A DNA stretch of 64,000 bases from Eledone cirrhosa (taxonomy: Eukaryota). Positions 40,787 through 54,487 of the stretch are shown here, piece by piece. Under the pieces are notes generated by a model that did not search any database, was not told the DNA's origin, and saw only the letters and a program-made list of their open reading frames with translations. The position numbers and the translations under genes were made by a program. Positions within the stretch are counted from its first letter, which is position 1, and the number at the start of each line of letters is the position of its first letter. The DNA lies in assembly GCA_964016885.1 (NCBI GenBank), contig OZ024744.1, positions 107,756,001 to 107,820,000 of the forward strand, read 5' to 3'.

Positions 40787-41157
40787 GGAGGCACATGGCT
40801 TAGTGGTTAGAGCATTGGGCTTACAATCGAAAGGTTGTGAGTTCAATTCTCAGACCAAGTGATGTGTTGTTTCCTTGAACAAGGCACTTTATTTCACATT
40901 GCTTCAGTTTACTCAGCTGTAGAAATGAGATGATAGGGACTGGGGTCCCTATCATTCCACTGCAAAAGTGGTCGTGGAGGTGCCATGTCAAAAAATCACC
41001 CAGCCCACACTGAAAAGTGGACGTGTAGGCACCACGGAAAAAGGCACCCAGCACTCACTGTAAATGAGGTTGGTGTTAGGAAGGGCATCCAGCTGTAGAA
41101 ATCAAGCCAGAATCAGTTCCCGTTCCACCCTTGCAAGCAGCGAAAAGCGGATGTAAA

Positions 41158-41202
<45 letters not shown>
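40787..41202 (+). mobile_element. Apparently full-length composite SINE, family 1: tRNA head, body, tandem subrepeats, RTE tail, (GAT)n
   Basis: A box TGGCTTAGTGG 40796-40806, B box GAGTTCAATTC 40839-40849; tail matches the RTE end at 43143-43190. Confidence 0.8.
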
Positions 41203-41203
<1 letters not shown>

Positions 41204-41384
41204 GATAAACAGCAGAGGCAACCAAGACTGCATGAACATGCATATATATTTACAGCATTAAGATGTGTAAATATGCCAAATGTGAAACCCAAAAAGTTTA
41301 AAAATTGATTCAAGATATCTTTTTTGTTCCTCCCCAATTTACAAGTAAATATGTATATTTGACGTGTTCTTTCTTCTTCACACA

Positions 41385-41990
41385 CTTATTCCTGAGAAGG
41401 TTGTGGGCGTGGAGTCTTCAGACATGCCTTCCAGAAGGTCCTATCAGAAGTGATCCTCTCCCAATCATCTGACTGGATTCCCAAGTGAGACCAGTCAAGC
41501 TAACGGATGTAATCCAACCATCATGCTCATGGTCTAGTATGAGTTGCAAGCCAGGTGGCTTTCCCCATAAAATCTGTTCGGAAATTCCTTTCTTAGACAT
41601 TCCAACCACATGTCCATAGTACTGGAGCTTTGATCTCTTGATGCAGAGAAGTGGTTCTACCTTGAGCGTCTACTTAAACGTCACTCCAAAAACCCTTTGG
41701 AGGAGCCCTCTCTCAGCTATTTGTATTCATGATCATATTCTTTCAATCATTACCATGACCATATAGTAAGGGTAGGCATAAACACCAAACTGAAGATAAC
41801 AAGTTTGGCTTTTACACCTACCTCCCTTCTGATGACTGAATGCTGGAACTGTCACATTATTGCAATAGCTCCAGCATTTCTTGCACTAATTCAACCTCAT
41901 GCCTTCTATCACTCATGAACATGGCCCCGAGATACTTGGAAATTCACTTACTTCAGTGTAACTCTACTCACATATACAAAGTGCACAGCA
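41385..41990 (-). mobile_element. RTE family B 3' fragment
   Basis: Colinear with 55560-56180. Confidence 0.8.
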
Positions 41991-42258
41991 CATATTTGAC
42001 ATGTTTCCAAGTCTAAATACGCAATATGTAAATTTCTAAACAATTCACAATCTTAATTAACTTTGTGCTGTATATATAGATACACATTTATTGTATATTT
42101 TGGTTGATTATATATCAAAATTATCTACCAAAGCAAGTGCTAATAATATGCAAATTAGTACCTTCATTTCAGAACACTATTATAAGTAATATGGTATATA
42201 AAGCCCTCAGTTACATATTTCCTTGTGGTTGTTTAAAAAAATCATTTGAAATCATCAT

Positions 42259-42294
<36 letters not shown>

Positions 42295-42297
42295 TAA

Positions 42298-43192
42298 GAC
42301 AAAGCTAAGACAAAAGTGTTGATGAGTAGAAAAGAGGACAAAACTCTGATTCCGTCAGGGAAATGGCCATGTTCGATATGCAGAAAAGGAACTGGCATAA
42401 ATTCTATAAAATACACACAATGCAGATCCTGGGTACACAAGAGATGTAGCAGGATAGCAGGCAAACTAACAGGTAGGGAGAAATATGTATGCAGTAGATG
42501 TACAGGGAAATTATACAGTAGAAGTCGCATTGATAGACACATTTTTCAAATGCAGGAGGGCGCTATAGAAGTGGTGGATAGCTTCCGGTACCTAGGAGAT
42601 CAGATTAGCATGGGAGGAGGGTGTTCCGAGGCCATAGTATCTAGAATAAGGACGGGTTGGAAGAAGTTTAGGGAGCTGCTTCCTCTGTTGACGAAGAAGG
42701 GTTTCTCCCTGCGTACGAAAGGCCGGTTGGATGATGCCTGTGAGGAGCGCGATGCTGTATGGTAGTGAGACATGGGCAGCAACTGCATGGGATATGCGAC
42801 GGCTGGAGAGAAATGAGGCAAGCATGCTCCGTTGGATGTGCAGTGTAAATGTGCGTGAACGACCCAGCATAAATGTGTTGAGAGAGAAACTGTGTCTGAG
42901 AGGGATAGAATGTAGTGTACGGGAGAGGAGACTGAGGTGGTATAGACATGTGATGTGCATGAAATATGACCGATGGGTGAAGAAGTGCCAGGAAATGCCA
43001 GTTGAAGGAAGACGTGGTAGAGGTAGACCACGAAAAACATGGGCGGAGGTGGTGAGAACAGACCGCAGATCATTGAAGCTCACGGTGGAGATGACGAAGG
43101 ACCGTGACGAGCGGAGAGATGCTGTGCTGAATAAGACCCGTCCCACCCTTGCAAGCATGGAAAAGCGGACGTAAAATGATGATGATGATGAT
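42298..43192 (+). mobile_element. 5'-truncated, well-preserved RTE family A copy with (GAT)n tail
   Basis: ORFs 42316-42765 and 42731-43174 (one frameshift): FRYLGD, MLYGSETW, GRPRKTW. Confidence 0.92.
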
Positions 43193-43473
43193 ACTCTTTT
43201 TAAAGCTCATGACTATGTCGGTTTACATGGGCTCCGACATAGGTATTTTGGGGGTAATGTTACAATGATAGATGACAGAATCATATGAAATGAAGCCTCG
43301 TGCTCAAGAACATGATGAGCTTGCCATTTTAGGAATCAAACTTACGACCATGATTGTCTATCCAACACATTTTTTCACTATATACAATTAACAATGATTT
43401 CTTTACTAGCCACAAGAAATTACACAGAGTAAACATTATAAGCTTATGAGGTTGGACAGATAATGTTATATAC

Positions 43474-43674
43474 CTGCACAAATGGTGACGAGGTCCGGAG
43501 GTGTACAGTCTTTAATTTGGCAGGTTTGGGACGCGGCAGAGGGTCGGGCTGGCTGTCAATTTCCAAAATTAGTTTTCTGGAGGTCTGTGTTTTCTTAACT
43601 CTTTCTGATATAAACTTTGGCAAGTCATATTCCATGTCGTAAAGACTGGGGTACAGCAGGCGGATATCAACATT
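43474..43674 (-). CDS. SRCAP: Exon w10: NVDIRLLYPSLYDMEYDLP...RKLILEIDSQPDPLPRPKP...PFVQ
   Basis: CAG acceptor, GTATA donor, 201 nt, phase 0-0. Confidence 0.9.
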
Positions 43675-43740
43675 CTGTGAATGAAAATAAAATGGATTTT
43701 TTTTTTTTTAAAAAGGAAAGAGGGAAACAAAAAAAAATTT

Positions 43741-44157
43741 ACAGCTGATCCCTATGCAACTTTAGCTGACCTCATGCAAGGTTGCAGCAAATAAGGGGTT
43801 TCTCGGATGTTTTAATAAGTACCTCAATTCTATCATGATGTTATTACAGCTCATACCTATGTAGGTTTAGCTGGCCTCCTACAAAGGTTGCATCACGTAG
43901 GAAGTTACTTGGGTGTTTTAATGATGGGGACAGTTCAGTCATGTTGACAAAGTTCAAATCTATGTAGATTTAACTGGCCTCCAATAAGGTTATATCTCAT
44001 AGAAAGTTTCTTGGTTGATTTAACGATAGGACCCTCAGTCCTATCATGTTATTACATACAGTTCACACCTATGTATATTTAGCTGGCCTCATATATGTTT
44101 GTACCTATAAGAGGTTTCTTGGGTGTTTTAATGATATTGGACCCAGTCCTATTATGA
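43741..44157. repeat. Four tandem copies of a ~105-bp unit (ACAGTTCACACCTATGTAGGTTTAGCTGGCCTC...CCTATCATG)
   Basis: Units start near 43741, 43846, 43948 and 44057; related copies at 50840, 40660, 25862, 21839. Confidence 0.85.
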
Positions 44158-45283
44158 AAAACAACATGAAATGAAGTATCTTGCTCAAGAGCAGCACACT
44201 CCCATGTCAAGAATTAAACTATGATCATATCTCCAACACCCTAACCACTAGGCTATATGCCTTCACCATATACAAATAACAACTGCTTCCAATTTAGACA
44301 AGGCTAACAATTTCAGAAGGTGGAAAATCAATTGAATTAACCCCAATACACGACTGCTACTTTATTTTATAGATTTTGAAAAGTCATAAAGCAGTTTAAG
44401 AGAGTTAAGCATTTGTTCTGAAGCTTCAATGATTTTACTTTAATGGTTTCTAATTTAGGGACAAAACCAGCAATTTGTAGGAGGGAAAAGTCAATTATAT
44501 CAACACCAGTACCTGACCAATATTTTATTTGATCAACCCCAAAAGAATATTGAATACAGAACATAAAGAGCCAGAACAAACGCTGCAAAGTATTTTAACT
44601 GACATTCTAATAATTCAGGCAATCCACATCCTAATAATAATATCTATGATTTCTAATATAAGTACAAGGCCAGTAATTTGGGGGCAGGGAAAATCGATCA
44701 TATTGACTACAGTACTTTACTGGTAATTTATTTCATCAAACTTAGAAGGATGAAAGGCAAAGTTGATCTCAATGGGATTTAAACTGAGAACAAAGAGCTG
44801 GAAAAAAAAATACTAAGTATTTGTCAGTCGATCTAACAATTCTACAAATCCACCATCATATGGTAATGATTTCTTTTATTGGCCACAACGACAGAAGACG
44901 TTTAGGACAATATATGAAAAATTTACAACATAAAGTGGTAAAAGGTGAGTTGAATAAAAAGTGGTTGAAATCAATAAAAATTCCCCAATAGTTGGGGAAA
45001 ACCACTTGGGGGGTAATTCTGGGGGGAAACCCAACACAATGTCCTGGAATAATTTGGCCTCTCCTAGTTTCTTTTCCTATATTAGAAAAGCATACAGTAG
45101 GCCCCTTCAGCCTCGTCAATTTTGATTCTCTCATTCACCTTTTCTGAAACACTATTCCACCCTCACTTTCCTCTTGGCACTTGAAGAAACTGATGAGGGC
45201 CTGGCCTTGAACCATTCATGCATGTCCACCACACAACCTTTTTTTTTTTCCCATATGAAAAAGAAATATTTCTTTTAACTTAC

Positions 45284-45470
45284 ATCAAATGGCCCTGACT
45301 CCAAGGCATTGATCACTTGTGATGCTGTTGAATAGACCAGCCCTTGCATTTGGAACGGAGACATAATCGGTCGTGGATCAAACAGATTTGGGTGGTTACA
45401 CACCTTCCGCAACTGCATCAGAACATTTATGACACTCATGAAGTGCCCAGATGCTAACGTCTCCTTTGTC
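45284..45470 (-). CDS. SRCAP: Exon w9: TKETLASGHFMSVINVLMQLRKVCNHPNLFDPRPIMSPF...GPFD
   Basis: Translated by hand; CAG acceptor, GTAAG donor, 187 nt, phase 2-0; LRKVCNHP signature. Confidence 0.97.
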
Positions 45471-46041
45471 CTGTGGAGAGAGGATTAAAAATAAAGAAAA
45501 TGAAACTATCAACATTTAACATTAGTTGGTGTTAGGAAGGGCCTCCAACAGTAGAAACAAAACCAAATAGAATTAAAAAGACTCTTTGGTTGTGTCGAGG
45601 ATATAACCTCCTAGTGCTAGTGTCACTATAAAATGCACCCAGAACCCTCTGTAAACAGTTAGTGGCAATGCCACGATAAAATCCACCCAATACACTCTGT
45701 AAAATGGTAGTACCACAATAAAATGCACCCAGTACTTGGCAATCAAATATATATAATAAATTCCAGTGCTGTTAAAATTATTTGAAAACCATATCATTAG
45801 AAATATGGTAATGAAAGGTTTAAAGTGTTTATATTTATCTAAAAACTTTTCATGATAATGTTTTGTAAGAACCTATAAGTTATTTTCCAAATGCCATCTT
45901 CACTGATTGTTTGTTATATTATTAATATTATCAAATCTCTCTAAAGACTTGGTTATTTACAAAATTATTTCATTAGAAATATGTTTACAAAAAGTTTAAA
46001 CAATGGAATGTGTGTTAATGATGACAAAAGGGTCGACTTAC

Positions 46042-46178
46042 TTAGTCTGAGACATAAATTCATCATAGAGGAACCGTTGTCTCTTTGAGAGGCGGCACAT
46101 CACAACATGCTCATATTTCTTTGGCATCTGCTTCTCAACATCATCTTTCAGACGTCTTAACAGGAATGGACGCAAAAC
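46042..46178 (-). CDS. SRCAP: Exon w8: [45 protein letters not shown]
   Basis: CAG acceptor, GTAAG donor, 137 nt, phase 0-2. Confidence 0.97.
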
Positions 46179-46549
46179 CTGAAGGAAAGTAAAAAAAAAA
46201 AAGTAATAATTTTTCAAGTAAATGGAATGGACCTTCATCAATTTCAATGATGACCATTTCAGTTGATCAATCAACAGAACAGACTGCTCATGAAATCAAC
46301 AAGTAGTTGACCATTCTACAGACATGTACCTTTAACATACTTCTCAGGGAGATTCAGCAAGACTATGTATGACTTAACCGGCCTTTTGAAATACAGATAC
46401 AGTTAGTCTTGTATTATAGTGAGCATTCCAGACACATGAATCCATAATATGCTCCTCGGGTAAATTCAGCATGACTGTGTAACAAGTTAGCCTTTTGAAT
46501 TTAAAGAGTTGCCCATTCAACAGATTTCCAGTTTCCATCTACCTAATTT

Positions 46550-47485
46550 CATCATCATCAGCAGACGCAGCATTTTTACATCCATTTTTGCATGCTAGCA
46601 TGGGGTTGGATGGGTCCATTTCAGCCTAGTATCTCTCCTCATGACATAATCCTTTATCATCTCCTCTGTGAGTTTCAGCGATGAGAACAGCTCTCATCAT
46701 CTCTGCCAAATTTTTCCTTGGCTTTCCTCTACTGCAACTACCTTCCATTGCAATTTCTTCACCCAACAATTTGCATGTTCATACCAATTCCTTCTAGAAA
46801 TTTACATCTAATTCCCCTTAAACCCAGTTTTTCCCTCAGTTCATCCAAGCTCTGCCTTTCTCTCACATTTACATTACACATCCATCAATCGTGCTTGCTT
46901 CATTTCTCTCCAATCTACACGTTTTTTTACAGTCACAGCCCATGTTTCACTATCATGTATCACTGCACTTCACACACAGGTGTCATACAGCTGTCCTTCT
47001 GTAAATAGGGAGAAACCTTTTGTTGACAACAGTGGGAGTAGCTCGCTAAACTTCTTCCACCCTGTCCTTATTCTAACTATGATGCTCTCAGACCACCCTC
47101 TTCCACTACTGCTAATAAGATTACAAAGGTAGCAGAAGCTATCAACTACTTCTATTGATCCTTCATGTGATTGGAAAAGGTTTATACTCTTGACACTCTT
47201 ACTAATGACTACCCTGTCCATATGTTACATATAAAGTCTTCCTTTCCTGTTAGTCTGCCTGCTATCCCACTACACTTCTCGTGTACATCATATAAAGTTC
47301 CTGTCTACTTCTCTGAAGGGATCAGGGTCCTGTCTTCTTTCCTGATTACCAACTCTTTAGTTTTGACTAAGTTTACTCCCAAACCTTTTGATTGTAAATT
47401 CTGTTTCCCTAGTCAGAACTTATTCTCTCGTTCTTCAGATACAGCTATGAGGAGCAGATCATCAACATAAAGAAGTTCCCAAACT
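46550..47485 (-). mobile_element. RTE family A 3' fragment
   Basis: ORF 46970-47221 EVVDSFCYL...RIRTGWKKFSELLPLL; (CAT)n tail near 46550. Confidence 0.85.
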
Positions 47486-48139
47486 CCTTAACCACACATG
47501 GCTGTGTGATTAAGGAGTTTGCTTTGCATATCGAGCAAGTGTTTTCAATAACCCCAGGCTGACCAATGTCGTGTGATTGGAATTAGAAAAATGAAAAGTG
47601 TGCGTGCGTCCCTTTACTTGGGGTGACAGTTAAAATAAATACCAGAATGGAAAAAAAAAAAAAAAAAAAAAAAGAGAGAAAGTAATGGGGTTGTGATGAT
47701 TGACTAGATCAAGGCAAGGCAACAGCATGGACATAGTCTAATGACTAAAACCAGTAAAACTTTCCCCCACTTTAAACTGGAAGAAGCAAAAAAGTAGAAT
47801 ATTTAAATTTCCGCCAGCCAGCATATACCCAATTTCCTTCATCTAAATCACATTAGCTTCTGCTTACTCCTACTCTTCTCACTCATCAAATCCATGCCAG
47901 TGTGAAAAGCTAGGGCAGACATTCTCTGATTCACATTCCTCAATAAACCTCCCTCCCTCCATTCACCTTGACTCACTTTTTCTCTCCAACCCTGAAAACC
48001 AGGCAGCACATTCCACAATGTCAAATACCACTCACCTGGCACTTCCTTCACCCACTTTGACATGTCTCTCCTGTAGTCAAGCAGCATATAGCATGTGCCA
48101 CTATCACTTTTTACAACACCTATTTCAATCATAGCATAC

Positions 48140-48757
48140 AGAGTACCATAATGTAGTAATGAGGTAGTGCTGGTTCCACGCTAAAAAGCATCCAGTCCAC
48201 CATGTATGGTGTTGGTGGTACAGGTGTCATGACAAAAAGCCCTAAGTCTGCATTGTAAGGAGGTAGTGCTGGTCCCATGATGAAAAGCATAATGCTGGTA
48301 CCATGAAAGAAACTCCCAGTCCAAAAACGGATCATCAAGATCTTTGGCGCCACGCAGTAATACAGAAGACCCGCCTTCCCTACGTACAAAGTTAACCTAC
48401 AGTCAGTAGGCCCCTCCAAACCAAACATACACCCCAACCCACTACCCCTACTCCATCCTCCCACTCCCACCAACACCACCCTTTCTCTATAAAGTTATGT
48501 TGGTACCACAACATCCAGTCCAAACTAATGAGGTTGTGTAGGTAACACAGTAAAAAGCTCCCAGTCCACACTGTAAATGTAGTTGGTGTTAGGAAGGGCA
48601 TCCAACCATAGAAAACCTGCCAGATAGTCGTATACGAGCGGTGACTGACCAGTCTTACATGGTGACCGACCAGTCTTGCCTCAAGTGGGACAATTCCCGT
48701 CTAACCCATGCTAGCATGGAAGATAGACGTTAAACAATGATTATGATGATGATGATG
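48140..48757 (+). mobile_element. Composite SINE family 1 copy with expanded subrepeats
   Basis: Several GTGCTGGT..AAAAGC..CAGTCC units, TAGGAAGGGCATCC core, RTE tail. Confidence 0.7.
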
Positions 48758-49287
48758 AGCAAGAATGTCACCCGACCTGTGTAGCCATATAATGTGACAG
48801 CCTGTTTAACCCTTGCAAGCATGAAAAATGTTTAAATGTAATAATGATGATATATGTAGAGGAGATTGAACTTTTTCTAGCTTCTATGCTTTTAGAGCAG
48901 AGGTATTACTATTGTTGAAAACAAAAAAGTTTTTCTCTACAGAGTACAAAGGATGATGTTGCATGCGAGTAAGACATGGGCAGTATACGCAGAGGATAGG
49001 CAAAGCATAGACAAACAGAAAAGCTGGTATAAAATTAATCAAATGTAATATACAAGAGAGAAGATTTGTATGAACATATGTGTATAGATGATGTTAACTG
49101 AGTTGGAGGAAAAGATGCCAGATGCCAATGCAAGGAAGGAAGCTGTAGTAGAAGACCAAGGAAAACCTGGGAATATGTGATTACAGCAAATCTCAAAACA
49201 CAAAGTTTTAAAAGAGATGACAACCCATGCAAGCATGCAAAAACAGATGTGAAATGTTGATTATAATATACAACTGTTTTTACTTAC

Positions 49288-49539
49288 TTTATGCAAACGC
49301 TTAATTAGATTGTCATTGTATTCATGGCTGCCCTCAATCATACCAGACAAGGGGTTAGCAAACCATTCCTTAAAGTCCTTATGAGATGAAAACACATTTG
49401 GCATTAGAAAATGCATTAGGGACCACAGCTCCATTAGACTGTTTTGAAGTGGTGTTCCAGTAAGCAATAAACGACGCTGACTTTGAAAATTCAAAAGGGT
49501 TTGCCACCGTTGAGATTTAAAATTTTTGATGTTCTGAGC
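49288..49539 (-). CDS. SRCAP: Exon w7: AQNIKNFKSQRWQTLLNFQSQRRLLLTGTPLQN...IKRLHK
   Basis: CAG acceptor, GTAAGT donor, 252 nt; motif III TGTP. Confidence 0.97.
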
Positions 49540-50091
49540 CTGGAAAAAATAGAAGAGGAAAAAATAGTGGTAAGCAACTGAACAACCACTATTATAATTT
49601 CAAAAATATAGTTGCTACAATGCAGATATAATTAAAATAATAATTGATAACTAAATATATTAGCCCACACTGTAAAGTAGTAGTGATGGTGCCACAATAA
49701 AATGCACCCAGAACACTATGTAATGGTTAGTGTCACAAAGGGCATGTATCCTTAGAAACTAAAATGGAACATATGAGCATGGTGTAGTCACCTGACCTCT
49801 CAAATCCGAAATGCGACAACCCTTATAACCCATGCAAGTATGGATAATCATGATGATAAATAAATCATGTTAAGTACCCACTGGAAATGGGAAAAAGAGA
49901 TGCTTGTGAGGAACTGAACAACACATTTCACTGAGTTACTTTAATTTTTTTCTCAACACAACCTAACCATCTCATTCCATTTTTCTTCATAACATTCATC
50001 ACTGGTTCTATTTTTATTCTCTTCCAATGCATGACTCAACCATCTTGTAATATACACCCAATATAATAGCAACAATTAATAATATACAAAC

Positions 50092-50202
50092 CTCATCCAA
50101 AATGAAATACTTCCATTTCTTCCTCCGGAATGCCTGGTGGTCTTGTATGACAAGCTTGTACGATGTTATACACACATGGAACGCATTTGTTTTGGTCCAA
50201 CC
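50092..50202 (-). CDS. SRCAP: Exon w6: GWTKTNAFHVCITSYKLVIQDHQAFRRKKWKYFILDE
   Basis: Translated by hand; TAG acceptor, GTTTG donor, 111 nt; Walker B DE|AQ is split by the intron. Confidence 0.97.
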
Positions 50203-50643
50203 CTATTAAAAAATGAAAAAAAATGATATCAGAATTCTGCATTTTAACTTAACCTCCTGTACCACATGAAACCACATTTGTAAAACATTCTTGAAAAGTG
50301 CTATAACAGTATAACACGAAAAATTAAAGTCTTTAATACTGCAAATTCTCACAAGAGAGACGACCACACTGGTATGGCCATGTGTTGCATAAGGGTGATG
50401 ATCTTTGGGTGAAGTGCCAAGACTTCCAAATAGAAGGAAGAGGCAGTAGAAGACCAAAAATAGACTTGGGCAAAAGTGATCTTAATATCTCAATTAATTG
50501 GACTTCACAAAGGAGAAGACAAGAGATGAGGCAGGATATCATCATCATCATTATCATCGTTATCATCGTTTAACGTCCACCTTCGATGCTAGCAACTCAT
50601 GCAAACATGAAAACAGGGATTTAAAAGGAATTATCCAACTTAC

Positions 50644-50780
50644 AGTTCTCTTGGCCTTTCTCTCCTTTGGGTTTCCATAATATGTTAGAATCTTGAAAGC
50701 TGGGCACCATTTTTTCAACTCCATCTCCCAGTTCAGCATCACACTGGTAGGTACCACAATCAGGTGAGGACCCCAAACAC
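50644..50780 (-). CDS. SRCAP: Exon w5: (G)VWGPHLIVVPTSVMLNWEMELKKWCPAFKILTYYGNPKERKAKRT
   Basis: CAG acceptor, GTAAG donor, 137 nt, phase 1-0; motif Ia. Confidence 0.97.
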
Positions 50781-51623
50781 CTGTTTAAAAATAGGAAATA
50801 GCAAATAAGATCATTGAAAAGAAAATTAAATTTAAATTTGCAGCTTACACCTATGTAAGTTTAGCTGGCCTCTTACAAGGCTACACCTGATAAGTTTCTT
50901 GTATTTTAATGCTAGAGACCCGAGTTCTGTCATTATACATATACATAATATATATATATGCAAGTATGGAAACGTGGATATAAAAAGGGTGATGATCATA
51001 TTAATGATTATATTGCTATTAATGCAGGTTTAATAAGCTTCTTGTGAGGGTACATCTCATAGGTTTCGAGTGGTTTAATCATAAGGGCCCTGGTCATATC
51101 ATTATATATATATATCATCATCCTCATCACTGTTTTATGTCTGTTCTTCCGCGCTAGCATGGGTTAGACGGGTTGTCCTGTTGTGGGTAGTGTCTGGTCG
51201 GCTGACCTTGTCTTGCTCCTATGGAGACTGATTCTGGCTTATTATCTGTATTACTGCATGACGCCAGAGGTCACGGTCGTGTGTCATCGCCTTTGAGAGG
51301 TGTAATTGGGTAAGGTCGGCTTTTATCACCTCATCCCAGGTCTTCTTGGGTCTCCCCACTCCGCGGTTTCCATAGACTTCTAGTGCTCTGCACCTTTTTA
51401 TGCAGCTGTCATCCTTCATACGCATCACATGTCCATACCAACGCAACCACCTCTCCTGCACACAGCATTTGATTCCTCTTATGCTCAGTCTCTCTCTCAA
51501 TTCATTTATGCTTTGCCGTTCGCGTATATTACTATTACACATCCATCGGAGCATGCAGGCTTCGTTTCTTTCTAATCTACACAAGTCTTCTTCAGACAGC
51601 GCCCAGGTCTCACTACTATGCCC

Positions 51624-51658
<35 letters not shown>

Positions 51659-51918
51659 CATCACTGTTTAATGTCTGTTTTTCCACACTAGCAGAGGTTA
51701 GATGAGTTGTCCCGTTTCAGACAAGCCCTATCAGACAGCAGTGTCTTGTTCACACTGGACCGATTTTGGCTTGGTTTCTACAATTCCTAATGCCAACCAA
51801 CCACAATTACAACATGGACTGGGTGTTTTTTGTTGTGACACCTACATGATCACTTGTGGACTGGGGTGGGAGTGATGCATGGGGATTGAAGAGGTAGATA
51901 TAGGGTGTTAGGACGTTT

Positions 51919-52621
<703 letters not shown>

Positions 52622-52624
<3 letters not shown>

Positions 52625-53310
52625 TTCAAGTGTATTATAAAAGAAAGAGTGAAACGTTCTATGTAGACAAGAAGGTACAATTTCATTTCTAGAGTTAAGG
52701 GGACTAATTTTAGAAGTTACTATTTCTAATGCTTCTGTCAAACAAAGATTACATTCAGTTCTACCCTGCACTCTAGGATTTTACTGAATTAATAATACTC
52801 CATCTCAAAGAGTGCTGAATATTATCTTTTTTTTTTGAGACCAAATAAATTTAGTCAAATGATTTATTAATAGTTAAAATTTCACATTTATACACTATAT
52901 TACTTCTAAGGCAATTGCCTCTAAGGGGGCATGTGTCAGGGATCCCAGTTACAATTATTTAGTATATTTTTAACTCCTTTCTTACATTCATTATTGTCTA
53001 TATTATAGTTACCAGTATCATTGCTCTCATTATCTACATCAGGATGGTTCCATGCAGGAGTTTTTGTTACAGTTTATATAAGTGTATTTTTTATTATTAT
53101 TCATAGCTAAATTAGGTGTGTTGGAGAAAGATAATTTAACATTATTTTTGTTAATTATACTATGGTATTTATATCATTGGGGAAATCTTTTTCTAAAAAG
53201 GGTGATTGGGATGCTATTTGAACTCTGGAGGATTAAACCATAAACATTTTTCCTTCTATTATTATTTCTATTAATTGATTTCATGAATTCCTTAATGTCG
53301 AATGGCCCTT
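52622..53310 (-). mobile_element. Penelope-like element remnant (C-terminal endonuclease region)
   Basis: WFNPP near 53230 and [11 protein letters not shown]...[13 protein letters not shown] near 52660-52760 are typical of Penelope-like ORF ends. Confidence 0.72.
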
Positions 53311-53923
53311 TATGATCTGAGTTCAAATTCCGCCGAGGTTAACTTTGCCTTTCATCCTTACTGGGTCGATAAAATAAAGTAGCAGTACTGTACTGGGGAA
53401 ATTGCTGGCCTTGTGCCAATAGTAGAAACAATTATTAATGTTCTTATTAAAATTATTATTTCTACTATTTTTTAGTTTTATTATTCTTATCAGTTCCCTA
53501 TTTTTATTCAGAGTGAACATTATTATAATTAGATGTTATAATAGATTTTGGGTGATTAGAATTTTTATGCACATAAAATAATTCACAAAGATGCAAAGAG
53601 TTTAGTGTTTAAATCCAGTGAAACAAATCTTCGTATCAGGACACACGAGTACATGTGGTTGATAAATAAATATCTTTTTTTATATTATCTAGTGATTCTG
53701 ACGATTTCTCTACAAAGTTATTAAATGCTACATCCTTTGTAGTGGAATGACCAAATAAATAATGTATTAATGTATTGAACCTTGGTTATTATTTTTTTTG
53801 TTTATATATATATATATATATATATATACATACATATATACATATTATATATATATGTATATATATATACATACATATATACATATTATATATATATGTA
53901 TATATATATACATACATATATAC

Positions 53924-54002
<79 letters not shown>

Positions 54003-54276
54003 AGGCCGAAACAAATGAGATCGTGTAGGTGTCACGACAAAAAAACACACAGTCCACGCTGTAATGTGGCCGTGTAGGCAACACGGTAAAAACCTCCCAG
54101 ACCCACACTGTAAATGTGGTTGGTGTTAGGAAGGGCATCCAACTGTAGAAAACCTGCCAGACAGTCCTATGCGAGCAAGACAATCACTCTTGCCTCAAGT
54201 GGGACTACCCCCGTCCAAACCCATGCAAGCGTGGAACACGGACGTTAAACGTTGATGATGATGATGATGATGATAT
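54003..54276 (+). mobile_element. Composite SINE family 1, 5'-truncated
   Basis: Near-identical inverted copy of 34261-34543. Confidence 0.85.
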
Positions 54277-54456
54277 CAACAAAAAAGAAGGCTGGATTCC
54301 AATATATTCCTTTAATGCTGCATATATACACAATACGTATTTCTATCACCACCTTATATCATTAGACCAAGATGCAAGACAGTTTTAGTAATCCTAACTG
54401 GGTTATGGCAAAATATAAACAAAGGATAGAGAGGTAGTCAGTCCAGTTATGTGATC

Positions 54457-54487
<31 letters not shown>

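Noticed and set aside
40787-40860. Possible tRNA gene
   Set aside because: A and B boxes are present but there is no proper acceptor stem and it runs into a SINE body
45183-45230. CTGATGA-GGGC/GCCT hammerhead-like motif
   Set aside because: GAAA is broken (TGAACC) and no stem I can be formed
48140-48600. Regularly spaced ~35-40-bp repeats resembling a CRISPR array
   Set aside because: Degenerate SINE subrepeats with no unique spacers or cas genes, in a eukaryotic intron
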